A stretch of 64,000 nucleotides of DNA from Bacteroides sp. (GCA_036351255.1 JAZBOS010000087.1:25490-89489), one strand, 5' to 3'. Counted from the stretch's first letter, positions 19,363-29,400 are shown. The notes: generated by a model from the sequence alone, not told the origin. A program made the numbers and translations.

Positions 19363-22300
19363 ATGAAGAAATCCATTTTCCCCTTTTGTCTTGTCTTGTT
19401 GGGCCTGGTAGGTGTCCTTTCTGCACAGTCTTCCTGGGTGGGCATTGGACAATCCCATCCCCAGCCTGCTGACATTACCTTGATCAACAGTAATATCCAG
19501 ACCACACAAATTCAGTTCTCGGTCGATGGGTTCTTATCCACTGACATCAGGACTCCCCAAGGCATCCAGCAACTTATCAGCCTGGAGAATGGAGTTCAGA
19601 TCATAGAAAAGGGAGCTCCCGATCTGGCCAAACTCTATACCTCTATTATCATCCCGGATACTGAGGAGATGGAAGTAAGGGTGGTGCGCTCAAGCTACGA
19701 GGATTTCGAAAACATCGAAGTCCTTCCCTCCAAGGGCCATTTTACCCGCGATATCAACCCCGATGATGTTCCCTACACCTATAGCGAGGTATATCAAAAC
19801 GATGCATTCTGGCCCGGCATTCTGGCCCAGTTGGAAGACCCCTTCATCATCCGCGATTTCAGGGGCCAGACTGTAACCATTTTCCCATTCCAGTACAACC
19901 CCGTGACGAAAACCCTCAGGGTATATACCGATATTGTCGTTGAAGTGACCAGTACCGGCAGGCCCGGCGAAAACATCCTGGCACGTTCCAAGGACCTGTC
20001 GCAACTGGAAAGCGAATTTCGCCAGATCTATAACCATATGTTCCTCAATATGGAATATTATGAAACTGGGAAATACATTATTGATGAAGAAGGCAGCATG
20101 CTGATCATCGTATTCGACGATTTTGCGGAAGCCATGCAACCCTTTGTAAACTGGAAGCGTACCATCGGTCGCAAAACCGAAATGGTCCTCAAATCTGAAG
20201 CAGGCTCTACGGCAGCTGCCATCAAGACATTCGTACAAAATTACTACACCGAAAACGAGGACTTTACTTATCTGCTCCTGGTGGGCGACGCACCGCAAAT
20301 CCCCGCCAATAGTACCTCTAACGGTGCTTCCGATAATGCCTACGGATATCTTGTAGGGACCGACTCCTACAATGAGATTTTTGTCGGCCGCTTTTCAGCC
20401 GAAAACATCGGCAATGTTGAAACCCAGGTCGAACGTATGATCCATTACGAAAGGGACATCAACGAAACCGACACCTGGCTGAACACCGGCATGGGTGTTG
20501 CACGTAATGAAGGGGCCGGACAAGGTCACAATGGCGAAGCTGACTATCAGCATATGGACCTAATCCGCGACACGCTTCTGAACTTCACTTATGATGTAGT
20601 TTACAGGGAATATGACGGAAACGTTCCTGGCGTTACCAATACCACTGCAGCCCAAATCTCTGCAGGGATCAACAACGGGGTTTCCATCATCAATTATATC
20701 AACCACGGTTCAATCGATGGCTGGAGCGTTGCCAACTACAACATCGCACATGTCAATCAGCTAACCAACATCAACAAGCTCCCCTTTATTTGGTCAGTAG
20801 CCTGTGTCAACGGTTCTTTCGTCAGCAACTTTTGCTTTGCTGAAGCCTGGATGCGAGCAACCCACGAAGGTCAGCCAACCGGAGCCATTGGTACGCTTAT
20901 GTCCACGATCAATCAGGCCTGGACACCCCCGATGACCGGGCAGGATGAAATGGTAACGATCATGGCAGAAAAACGTGACCACATCAAGCGCACCTATGGC
21001 GGCCTTTCTATCAACGGAAGTATGATTATGATTGCCTCGCATGGAAGCAGCGGAATCGAAACTCACGACACCTGGAACCTCTTTGGCGACCCAAGCCTCC
21101 AAGTACGTACCGATGTTCCTATACCCATTATGGCTACCTATAACCCAGTGATCCTGATCGGCCTTTCAGAGTTTGAAATTTCTGTAGAAAATGCTGATGG
21201 CGCTACAGTTGCCCTTTCACGCTACAACGAAATAGATGATGTCATTGAAATCATTGGAACAGCAGTAGTTGAAAACGGCACTGCCACTGTTACCTTTGCA
21301 GAACCCCTTACTGAGCCCGGAACCCTTACCCTGGCAGTAACAGGTTTCAATAAGGTCACCCTGATTGACGAGGAAATCCAGGTGATTCCTCCCGATGGTC
21401 CTTATGTGATCTTCAATCAGCTCCTTGTCGAAGATGAATTGTGGAATGACAATAACCAGGCTGACTATGGAGAAACCCTTAACCTGAACGTTGCCCTGAA
21501 GAACGTTGGCATAGACCCCGCACAGGAAGTGCAAGCCACACTGACCACCGAAAGCCCTTATGTAACAATCCTTCAGGATGAACAAGCCTATGGTCTGATT
21601 GAGGAAGACGGAATCGAAATGGTGGAAGGAGCTTTCATGGTGAAAATTGCCCAAGTGATTCCCGACAATCATTCCGTGTTGTTTACCCTTAACATCATTG
21701 ATGCTGAAGAGAACACCTGGTCATCCAACTTCATCATGCGGATCTATTCGCCCATGTTTACCATTGGCGAACTGGCCGTTGCCGATGGGGAAGGCGATGG
21801 TAACAACCGTCTCGATCCCGGTGAAACGGCCGACCTGGTCGTGCGTTATACGAACAACGGGGGAGCTCCTGCCATGTCACCCATTGCCCTGTTCCTGGCC
21901 GAAAACCCCTACTTCACCGTTCACGAGTATGAAACCGAACTCCCTGTCATCCCTGCTGGCGAATTTCTTGATGTCCCTTATACCGTCACCGCCCACCAGG
22001 CCGTAGTCGAAGGAACCATGCTCCCCGTGCTATTTTCCATTGAAGACGGACACCTGTTTGAATCACAGCAGGATCTCATCATCGGGCAAGTACCCGAAAC
22101 AACCCTTGGAACCGGAAATGCCACTTCTGCTCAATACCCATTCTATAATTATTACAAAGCCAACCGCAGCCAGATGATCTACTTGTCCAGCGAAATGGGT
22201 GAAGGCGAGAAAACCATCCTTGAACTGGGCTTCAACATTGTCCAGGTAGCCAATCAGTACAACAACCTGCCCAACTTCAACATCCGGATCAAGCATATTG

Positions 22301-23358
22301 AACAGGAAGCCTTCACCACGAACGCTTACATTGATATGAGCGATGCCGAGGTGGTTTTCACCGCAGATGCTTATCAGATGCCCACCGTCACCGGTTGGCA
22401 CACCTGGGAAATCGAGCCTTTTGCTTATGATGGCCAAAGCAACCTGGTAGTTGAGATTACCTGGGGCTTGCTTCCAAACTGGACATCAACCTATTATAAG
22501 GTTGCGACGACTAACCAGTCTGCCAATTTGGTGGCATACGGATACAGTGACACCAACCCCCTCCCCGCCATTAACGGAACCACCGCCAACAGACCCAATC
22601 TGTGGCTTGCCTTTGCTGCCGATGATCCCGCCGATGAACAGCTAATCACCTTCGTGATAAACAACCAAATGGGTGAAATCCTCGAAGGCGCTCAAATTGC
22701 TGTGGGAAGCCTCAGCCAGCTCACCAACGCAGAAGGGCAGACTGAGTTTACCCTGATGACCAGCCCCGATTTTTACAGGTACACGGCTACGGCTGAAAAT
22801 CACCGGCCCATCATTGGCCAGCAATTCAACGTGGAAGAAGAGGCCAAGACCATTGAGGTAACCCTCGACAGGGTCTTTAATTTGGCCTTCTCTGTGATCG
22901 ACGAATGGGATAACGTCCTGACCAATGCCACAATACAAGTTGGTGATCAGACTTTTGAAGCAGGCAAATACCTGGTTGACGACCTGTTGCCCGGCACTTA
23001 CGACATTGTGGTTGAACACGAATACTACTTCCCCTATGAAGGCACTGTTGAAATTGTGGATATTGACCAAGAGGTTCAAATCACTCTGTATGCCGATGGC
23101 ACTGGCGTGGAAGAAAGCCTTGCCGGACAGACCCGGGTATATCCCAATCCAGCCCGCGATCAATTCACCCTTGAATTGCCTGCCGACAAAACGGCTGATG
23201 TTTACCTGGTGAACACGCTGGGTCAGACACTGGAAAGCTTCAATGATCTCAGTGGAAGCACTAACATCAGCACGCGTTCACTGAAAACCGGATACTATTT
23301 CATCCGAATTGTGGACCAGGATGGTATTATAGTTAAGAAACTCAGCATTGTTGAGTAG
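19363..23358 (+). CDS. Peptidase C25 (gingipain-like), paralogue of the upstream gene, with a T9SS type A C-terminal domain
   Basis: The ATG at 19363 yields the signal peptide MKKSIFPFCLVLLGLVGVLSAQ. C25 core: LLLVGD, His segment INYINHGSIDGW, Cys segment WSVACVNGSF. The domain order matches 15217-19293. C-terminus: RVYPNPARDQFTLEL...GYYFIRIV. Confidence 0.85.
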   Translation: MKKSIFPFCLVLLGLVGVLSAQSSWVGIGQSHPQPADITLINSNIQTTQIQFSVDGFLSTDIRTPQGIQQLISLENGVQIIEKGAPDLAKLYTSIIIPDTEEMEVRVVRSSYEDFENIEVLPSKGHFTRDINPDDVPYTYSEVYQNDAFWPGILAQLEDPFIIRDFRGQTVTIFPFQYNPVTKTLRVYTDIVVEVTSTGRPGENILARSKDLSQLESEFRQIYNHMFLNMEYYETGKYIIDEEGSMLIIVFDDFAEAMQPFVNWKRTIGRKTEMVLKSEAGSTAAAIKTFVQNYYTENEDFTYLLLVGDAPQIPANSTSNGASDNAYGYLVGTDSYNEIFVGRFSAENIGNVETQVERMIHYERDINETDTWLNTGMGVARNEGAGQGHNGEADYQHMDLIRDTLLNFTYDVVYREYDGNVPGVTNTTAAQISAGINNGVSIINYINHGSIDGWSVANYNIAHVNQLTNINKLPFIWSVACVNGSFVSNFCFAEAWMRATHEGQPTGAIGTLMSTINQAWTPPMTGQDEMVTIMAEKRDHIKRTYGGLSINGSMIMIASHGSSGIETHDTWNLFGDPSLQVRTDVPIPIMATYNPVILIGLSEFEISVENADGATVALSRYNEIDDVIEIIGTAVVENGTATVTFAEPLTEPGTLTLAVTGFNKVTLIDEEIQVIPPDGPYVIFNQLLVEDELWNDNNQADYGETLNLNVALKNVGIDPAQEVQATLTTESPYVTILQDEQAYGLIEEDGIEMVEGAFMVKIAQVIPDNHSVLFTLNIIDAEENTWSSNFIMRIYSPMFTIGELAVADGEGDGNNRLDPGETADLVVRYTNNGGAPAMSPIALFLAENPYFTVHEYETELPVIPAGEFLDVPYTVTAHQAVVEGTMLPVLFSIEDGHLFESQQDLIIGQVPETTLGTGNATSAQYPFYNYYKANRSQMIYLSSEMGEGEKTILELGFNIVQVANQYNNLPNFNIRIKHIEQEAFTTNAYIDMSDAEVVFTADAYQMPTVTGWHTWEIEPFAYDGQSNLVVEITWGLLPNWTSTYYKVATTNQSANLVAYGYSDTNPLPAINGTTANRPNLWLAFAADDPADEQLITFVINNQMGEILEGAQIAVGSLSQLTNAEGQTEFTLMTSPDFYRYTATAENHRPIIGQQFNVEEEAKTIEVTLDRVFNLAFSVIDEWDNVLTNATIQVGDQTFEAGKYLVDDLLPGTYDIVVEHEYYFPYEGTVEIVDIDQEVQITLYADGTGVEESLAGQTRVYPNPARDQFTLELPADKTADVYLVNTLGQTLESFNDLSGSTNISTRSLKTGYYFIRIVDQDGIIVKKLSIVE

Positions 23359-23377
23359 TCTGACCACTATACTCTTA

Positions 23378-23412
23378 AAGAGGCTGTGTCTGAAGGCACA
23401 GCCTCTTTTTTA
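23378..23412 (+). terminator. Rho-independent terminator after the second C25 peptidase
   Basis: AAAGAGGCTGTG-TCTGAAGG-CACAGCCTCTTTTTT. Confidence 0.65.
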
Positions 23413-23471
23413 TCCAAAAACTTCGGCTTTTCGCGTTTTTTTGCTATTTTGCATGTAAATGACATAAAATC

Positions 23472-24191
23472 ATGAAAAAATTCTTTCCCGTATTTCTGAT
23501 CTGCTTGCTGATGCTCTCCCAAGAGTCGCTGGCCCAGAAATCGCAGAGCATACGCCTGGTAGGTGGGCAGGTGGCCGTTGAAGAAGTAGCTGATTCGTCC
23601 CTGATATTCCTGTTTCCCGCCATGCAGGAGGCCGAAATTACCCATACCAATGGAAGCACGTATACCGCAAGCGTAAATTACAACATCCTGGGCGATGTGA
23701 TAGAAATCCAAACCCGACGCGGCATTCAAATCATAGATCCCACCGAGTTCAGCAAAATGAAGGTAAAGGGCTCTACCTTTATTCACCTGCCTGATGTGGG
23801 GTACCTTGAAGTCTTGTCGGAAGGGAAACTTCCCCTTTATCAGAAACGCAGCATCAACGTATCGGCCAGGCCAGTAGTCCGTGGAGCCTACGGAACCATT
23901 GACAACACCTCCTCCATCGATCAGGCCACCTATATTCATACCGGCCCCAGCGGTGAGTTTTACCTGCTCAACAGTTCGAACCAGGAAATTGAAATCACCC
24001 TCAGGTACAACGAAAAATTCATGATAGGGAAAGACAAAACCCTTGTCGAAGTAAAAAACCAGCGACAATTACTGCGCGATTTTCCTGAATTCAGAAAGGA
24101 ACTTCGCGACTTCATCCAAAAGAAGAATACAGATTTTTCCAACCCCAGCCACTTGACCGAACTGGTCATGTTTTTGGAACAACTTCCATAG
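23472..24191 (+). CDS. Hypothetical secreted protein
   Basis: Signal peptide MKKFFPVFLICLLMLSQESLAQ. I recognise no family motif. The coding call rests on ORF length and plausible composition only. Confidence 0.5.
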   Translation: MKKFFPVFLICLLMLSQESLAQKSQSIRLVGGQVAVEEVADSSLIFLFPAMQEAEITHTNGSTYTASVNYNILGDVIEIQTRRGIQIIDPTEFSKMKVKGSTFIHLPDVGYLEVLSEGKLPLYQKRSINVSARPVVRGAYGTIDNTSSIDQATYIHTGPSGEFYLLNSSNQEIEITLRYNEKFMIGKDKTLVEVKNQRQLLRDFPEFRKELRDFIQKKNTDFSNPSHLTELVMFLEQLP

Positions 24192-24513
24192 CTCAGCACC
24201 AAAAAACCTAAGCTTTTCTCATCATCCCTTTCTCCTGCTTTTTGCAGACAAAGCAATCGGGGCAACCACTAACCCACCAACGACCTACCATGGTCGTGTG
24301 TACACAAACCTTATCTGAAGACGGTAGGACCATTACACGAGCATGGTACGACCATGGTGTGGCAGGTTATGATTTTTTTTACCTGAATGTGTATGTTTTT
24401 AAGACTAAAAACAAAATGAGACACAAATACAAACAAATGATTATCAATCAGTTCGTTTGTTTCAAAAAAAATGAATAAAACCAACTGGGGTTGATCACCT
24501 GTTGAATGGAAAT

Positions 24514-26979
24514 CTATTTCCTGATTTCGGCGCCGAGTTCCTTTTCGAAGTTCCAGGCAAGTTTTTGCATGATCTTATCGATCTCTTTATCGGTAAGGGT
24601 CTTGCGCTCATCGAGCAGGATAAAACTCACGGCATACGATTTTTTGTGCTGTCCCAGGCGTTCGTCCTGGTACACATCGAAGAGGCGAACGGCTTTCAGC
24701 ATTTTACGTTCGGTATGGAAAGCCAGTTTCTCGATTTGCGCGAATTTCACCGAACGGTCGATGAGCAGGGCCAGGTCGCGGCGCACTTCAGGGAACTTAG
24801 AGATCTCGGCGTAGAGCACTTGCTGCCGGTCGGCATGCTTCATCAGGGATTCCCACTCGATGGTGGCATAATACACATCCTGTTTGATGTCGAAGTTTTT
24901 CAACAGCTTTCTTCCGACCTTGCCCAGGGAGGTCACCTCTTTGTTATTGAGAGAATAAACGAGGCCATATTCAAATACCGGGTTAAGGTTTTCGTCGGTT
25001 GCCTGCAACATCTGTTCAGGAACGCCCATGCGGGTGAACACGCTGTGAACGGCTGCTTTCAGATCGAAGAAATCAACCTCAGCCTCTTTCACACGCCAGG
25101 TTTCGGGTTGCTGCTGCCCGGTAATGAAAAGACTGAGCAGCATCTTTTCGCCGAAAGGCGCCAGGGCATTACCGGTAGCATCCTTCTCTGGGTCTTTCCA
25201 GTATATGTTGCCAAACTCGTAGAGCTTCATATCGGTGACCTTGCGGTTCTGGTTGTAGGCTATGGTTTCAAGGCCTCCAAACAGCAGGGTCTGGCGCATC
25301 ACGTTAAGGTCCTGACTCAGGGGGTTAAGGATCTGCACCGAACGGCGGGGATCAAAACCATCGGCTTCGAAATAAGAACCCTTGGTCAGCGAGTTGTTCA
25401 TGATCTCGTTAAAGCCGCGGGCGGTAAGCATATCGGAAATGGTATTCTGCAGTTTCTCCTTGTCGGGCCTGGGCGTAAGTACCATGGAGGAATACAGGCG
25501 TTCGGGCAGTTCAACGTTGTTATAACCGTAAATGCGTAATAATTCTTCAATCACATCTGCTTCACGGGTCACATCAACCCTATAGGTGGGAATGGACAGC
25601 CTGAGCACATCGCCCTGATTGTCCAACACCCGGATATCCAGACTTTCAAGGATACCGATCACTTCCTGGCGTGGGATGTCCTTGCCAATCAGCACGGCGG
25701 CGCGTTCAAGATTAAGGTGAACAACAGCGGGTTCAATCCTTTTTGGATATTCATCCACAATCTCAGAGGAGATCTGACCGCCGGCCACTTCCTTGATCAG
25801 CAATGCGGCGCGCTTGAGGGCCTCGAGGGTGATAGAGGGATCGGCTCCACGTTCAAAACGGAAGGAGGCATCAGTCTTGAGACCATGGGCTTTTGAGGTC
25901 TTGCGTATGCTGACAGGGTTGAAAAAAGCACTTTCGAGAAAGACACAAGTGGTGTTTTGAGTCACGCCTGAATGAACACCGCCCATCACACCACCTATAC
26001 ACATGGGAGTTGTGGCGCTGCAAATCATCAGATCCTCACCGGTGAGCTTGCGTTCTTCCTGGTCGAGGGTCACAAACAGGGTGTCTTTCTCAGGTTTCCT
26101 GACCACTACTTTCTGCCCTTCGATCTTGTCGGCATCAAAAGCATGGAGGGGATGGCCCATTTCCTGCAAAACGAAATTGGTAACATCGACCACGTTGTTG
26201 ATGGGTTTATGTCCAATGGCCATCAATTTTTCCTTCAACCAGGCGGGCGATTCGCCAACCCGTACCCCAGAAATGGTCAGGGCGCTGTAACGCGGACAGG
26301 CCTCAGGGTCATCGATGATGACCGGGATATGGCGGTCGTCGTTGTCCACCTTGAAATGTTCTGTGGAAGGCTTTTTTAAGCTCAGGGCGCCTTTGCCCTG
26401 ACGGTGGTTGATGACAGCCACCACGTCACGTGCCACGCCAAAATGGCTGGCTGCATCGATGCGGTTCGGGGTGAGTCCAATCTCAAAGACGTGATCGGTT
26501 TTAACCTCAAGATATTGGGCAGCAGGAATCCCGACAGGGGCATCGGGGGGTAGTTCAATGATGCCCTCGTGGTCGTCGCCCAGACCCAGTTCATCTTCAG
26601 CACAAATCATACCCTCAGAAAACTCGCCGCGGATCTTCACTTTTTTTAGCTCCAGCTCGCCCTTGGGGGTATAGAGTGTGGTGCCAACGGTTGCAACAAA
26701 CACCTTCTGACCTGCAGCCACATTGGGCGCTCCGCAAACAATGGGCAGCAGCGAGCCCGTGCCAATATCAACAGTGGTCACCGAAAGCCGGTCGGCATCA
26801 GGGTGCGGATGGCAGGTTTTCACCTCACCGACAAATACGCCCTGCAGGCCTCCCTTCAAGGTTTCATATTTCTCCAGTGCTTCCACTTCCAGTCCGCAAT
26901 CCGTCAGGATTACACCCAATGCTTCAGGGCTCTCCCGGAAATCAGCATAGTCTTTCAGCCAGTTATAGGAAATTTTCAT
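24514..26979 (-). CDS. pheT: Phenylalanine--tRNA ligase beta subunit
   Basis: 821 aa. It starts MKISYNWLKDY and carries the tRNA-binding, B3/4, B5 and FDX-ACB domain order typical of PheT. Confidence 0.95.
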   Translation of the reverse strand: MKISYNWLKDYADFRESPEALGVILTDCGLEVEALEKYETLKGGLQGVFVGEVKTCHPHPDADRLSVTTVDIGTGSLLPIVCGAPNVAAGQKVFVATVGTTLYTPKGELELKKVKIRGEFSEGMICAEDELGLGDDHEGIIELPPDAPVGIPAAQYLEVKTDHVFEIGLTPNRIDAASHFGVARDVVAVINHRQGKGALSLKKPSTEHFKVDNDDRHIPVIIDDPEACPRYSALTISGVRVGESPAWLKEKLMAIGHKPINNVVDVTNFVLQEMGHPLHAFDADKIEGQKVVVRKPEKDTLFVTLDQEERKLTGEDLMICSATTPMCIGGVMGGVHSGVTQNTTCVFLESAFFNPVSIRKTSKAHGLKTDASFRFERGADPSITLEALKRAALLIKEVAGGQISSEIVDEYPKRIEPAVVHLNLERAAVLIGKDIPRQEVIGILESLDIRVLDNQGDVLRLSIPTYRVDVTREADVIEELLRIYGYNNVELPERLYSSMVLTPRPDKEKLQNTISDMLTARGFNEIMNNSLTKGSYFEADGFDPRRSVQILNPLSQDLNVMRQTLLFGGLETIAYNQNRKVTDMKLYEFGNIYWKDPEKDATGNALAPFGEKMLLSLFITGQQQPETWRVKEAEVDFFDLKAAVHSVFTRMGVPEQMLQATDENLNPVFEYGLVYSLNNKEVTSLGKVGRKLLKNFDIKQDVYYATIEWESLMKHADRQQVLYAEISKFPEVRRDLALLIDRSVKFAQIEKLAFHTERKMLKAVRLFDVYQDERLGQHKKSYAVSFILLDERKTLTDKEIDKIMQKLAWNFEKELGAEIRK

Positions 26980-27133
26980 TCCAGATCTTTTTCAATTTAA
27001 TCTTCGTAAACAACAGGAACCGGTGCGCGCGCCAAGAGGGGATTTAACCGGATCGGGTGTCCCTTCATTGGAGCCAAATGCAAAAGTAATCATTTTGCAA
27101 AAAGGATTTGGTCAAGGTTGGACCTGACTTAAA

Positions 27134-27163
27134 CAAAAAAACCGGCCCAGGCCGGTTTTTTTC
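27134..27163 (-). terminator. Rho-independent terminator after the coiled-coil gene pair (the palindromic flanks could act in both directions)
   Basis: AAAAAAACCGGCC-CAG-GCCGGTTTTTTT, lying between the 27179 stop codon and the pheT start. Confidence 0.6.
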
Positions 27164-27178
27164 TAAAGGAAAGATATT

Positions 27179-28126
27179 CTAATTCAATTCAAACAACTGT
27201 GTTCCCAATTCGCGCTTTTCGCCATAAATGGTCACGCGGTAGATTCCCTTTTCCAGGTCGGCCTGGGGGAGGAAATTCATGCAGGCCACCAGTTGCTGGT
27301 TCTGATAATCAAATACCTTGGAAACGGTATAAGGCACCTGGCTTTCGATCAACTGAAAGGTTTCGGCCTGGCCATTGGAAAGCAGTTCACCTCCGGGACC
27401 GGTTATCCGGATATAGAAGGTTCGGTTACCAGGTGCGGAAAGAATGTTCTCGAGGATGGTGAAGCAAGTCTGTATCTTTTCCACGCGGCCGGCACGCGAG
27501 GTTTCGCGTTCACCCCTTCGGGCAGAGCGGGTGGTAATCACTTCAATATTCATGATTTGCAACCCGCTGGCACTTTCAATCTGGTTGGTAAGGCTTTGGT
27601 TCTTCAACTCCAGTTCAATGATCTGTTCTTCGGTGAGGGCAAGAGTATTTTTCACCCGTTGATTTTCACTGGAGAGCTGGGTGTTTTCTTCCGAAAGGAT
27701 CTGTGCTTTTTCCTGGTACTCGGCAAGTTGCGTTTCCAGTTCTTCCACATGGGCTTTGACTTCGGCGATAGTCTGATTACCAGCAAGCTGAAGAATCTGA
27801 CCTTTAAGGCGGTTGATTTCGATTCGTTGCTGGTTGGCCAGGTTTTCCATTTCGGAATGCTCTCGGCTAAGACTTTGGAAGGCGGCATCCAGTTCATTGA
27901 GTTTTACCATCAGGCTATCGGCACGAGCCTGGCATTCATTGCGCTCCACAGCGGTTGCAACAGCCAGTTCGCGGGCCTCAAAAAACTGGCGCAACACCAA
28001 AGCGACAGAAATGGCCAACACCAGGGCGATGACCGAAAGAAAGACTATAGGCGCTATGTTTGCAGAACTGGAAGTACGAGAAAACCCTTTTCGCTGGGAA
28101 GTGTCAGATAGTCTCTGTTTACCCAT
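27179..28126 (-). CDS. Membrane-anchored coiled-coil protein with a conserved C-terminal beta-rich domain (unknown family)
   Basis: An N-terminal TM helix (IAPIVFLSVIALVLAISVALVL) is followed by about 150 aa of heptad-rich sequence and a roughly 110-aa C-domain shared with the neighbouring gene. The likely start is ATG 28126 (MGKQRL); the ORF track starts at 28168. Confidence 0.6.
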   Translation of the reverse strand: MGKQRLSDTSQRKGFSRTSSSANIAPIVFLSVIALVLAISVALVLRQFFEARELAVATAVERNECQARADSLMVKLNELDAAFQSLSREHSEMENLANQQRIEINRLKGQILQLAGNQTIAEVKAHVEELETQLAEYQEKAQILSEENTQLSSENQRVKNTLALTEEQIIELELKNQSLTNQIESASGLQIMNIEVITTRSARRGERETSRAGRVEKIQTCFTILENILSAPGNRTFYIRITGPGGELLSNGQAETFQLIESQVPYTVSKVFDYQNQQLVACMNFLPQADLEKGIYRVTIYGEKRELGTQLFELN

Positions 28127-28216
28127 ATAGATTTTGTTTTGATTACTCAAAAGTAAGGAATTGAGCAAACCAAACTACAAAAAAGGCAGAAAAAATAGCA
28201 AAAAAGGGCCTAAAAC

Positions 28217-29119
28217 CTACTTCAGGGTAATGGCTGCTTCGCCGAGACGAAAATCATCGGTAAACAGAGAGATGAGATAAAGTCCGGGTTCAAATTCTTC
28301 TATTCGCTGCCAGTAAAGGCAGGCATCGGTAACCTGGTTCTGGTAGTCGACTACCGTTTTGGAAGAATACTGAAGCGTATCACCCTCTATTACAAATGAA
28401 TAAGCTTCGTCGTCGCTAACGCGCAGAATAGATCCATCGGGTTTTGCAATTCGCAGATAGACATTATGTTCCCCGGTACGTGCAACGGGGTTATCGGGGA
28501 GAGTAAAGCAAACTTTGATCTGTTCGGCGCGGCTGGCCCGGTCGGTAGCTTCCTCCCGGCCACGACTCCGGATGCGAATGGCTTCGGCACTGATTTGGTA
28601 GGCGCGCAGTGCAGAAGCAACCTCAACCTTGGATGTAAGTTCATCCTTATCCTGTTCCAGTTCGGTGGTACGGATAGTTGCCCGTTGTATTTCTTCCTGG
28701 AAGGCAATGTTTTCATCCTTCAGCACTTGGTTGAGGGTCACCAGGCTATCAATATCGCGAACATAATTCTGGGTGACCTCCTGCAGCAGGTTCAGTTGGC
28801 GGCGAATACGGTAGTAATCAGCCTGTGATGAAATAAGCTTTTGAATCTCTTCGGCATTGGCCATGATGATGCTGTCCTTGTCCACCAGGACGCTGTCGTA
28901 TTCCAGTTTAACCAAATTGTATTCTGCCATCAGCGAATCGAGTTCTTCCTGTAGTTCCGTGTTGACCACAGTGGCGGCTTCCCTTTCTACCTTGAAAGAC
29001 TGTCGGCTGGTAAAAAGCATAACGGCCAGTACGCCAATAATCAGCAAAAGAACAACAATGGTTCCTTTGTAGATTTTTTCATTTCTTTTGTCCGAACCAG
29101 GTTGGCTTTGGTTTTCCAT
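28217..29119 (-). CDS. Membrane-anchored coiled-coil protein, paralogue of 27179-28126
   Basis: It has the same TM helix, coiled coil and C-domain architecture. Shared C-domain motifs are listed in the findings. Confidence 0.6.
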   Translation of the reverse strand: MENQSQPGSDKRNEKIYKGTIVVLLLIIGVLAVMLFTSRQSFKVEREAATVVNTELQEELDSLMAEYNLVKLEYDSVLVDKDSIIMANAEEIQKLISSQADYYRIRRQLNLLQEVTQNYVRDIDSLVTLNQVLKDENIAFQEEIQRATIRTTELEQDKDELTSKVEVASALRAYQISAEAIRIRSRGREEATDRASRAEQIKVCFTLPDNPVARTGEHNVYLRIAKPDGSILRVSDDEAYSFVIEGDTLQYSSKTVVDYQNQVTDACLYWQRIEEFEPGLYLISLFTDDFRLGEAAITLK

Positions 29120-29400
29120 GTCAGCTTGTTTTTTAGTTTATTCTTTCGTTGGTTATTTTGTCTGGTTGATTATTTCCGGGTCTAAAACGCAAAAAGGCTT
29201 AACCGAATTGCGAATATAAAGCGGTTTTGGCAAGTTATTATATACGAGCGATTATTTAATTTTGATTTTTGTTGAAAAAAAGTCAAATTTGATTGAACCA
29301 AAATGACCACTTGACAAAATAGCGGTTTTTATTATGTTTTTGCCTGAGCCTTAAGTTTTTGCAAATTTAACTATTTTTAGGGAGAAATACGGCAACAAGC

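Noticed and set aside
24242-24478. 78-aa ORF in the intergenic region downstream of 23472-24191
   Set aside because: It has no recognisable start context and an odd composition, and it overlaps the inverted-repeat region. I treat the region as non-coding and report it as possible structured RNA in the findings.
24502-25539. 345-aa ORF on the plus strand
   Set aside because: It lies entirely antisense to pheT, whose translation has unmistakable PheT features. The antisense product is a low-complexity G/H/F/L/V-rich string typical of a shadow ORF.
27293-28111. 272-aa plus-strand ORF, with overlapping 27813-28130 and 27444-27662 ORFs
   Set aside because: It is antisense to the coiled-coil gene. 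Repetitive Glu/Leu/Gln codons on the real strand generate long open shadows. There is no signal, motif or upstream promoter box.
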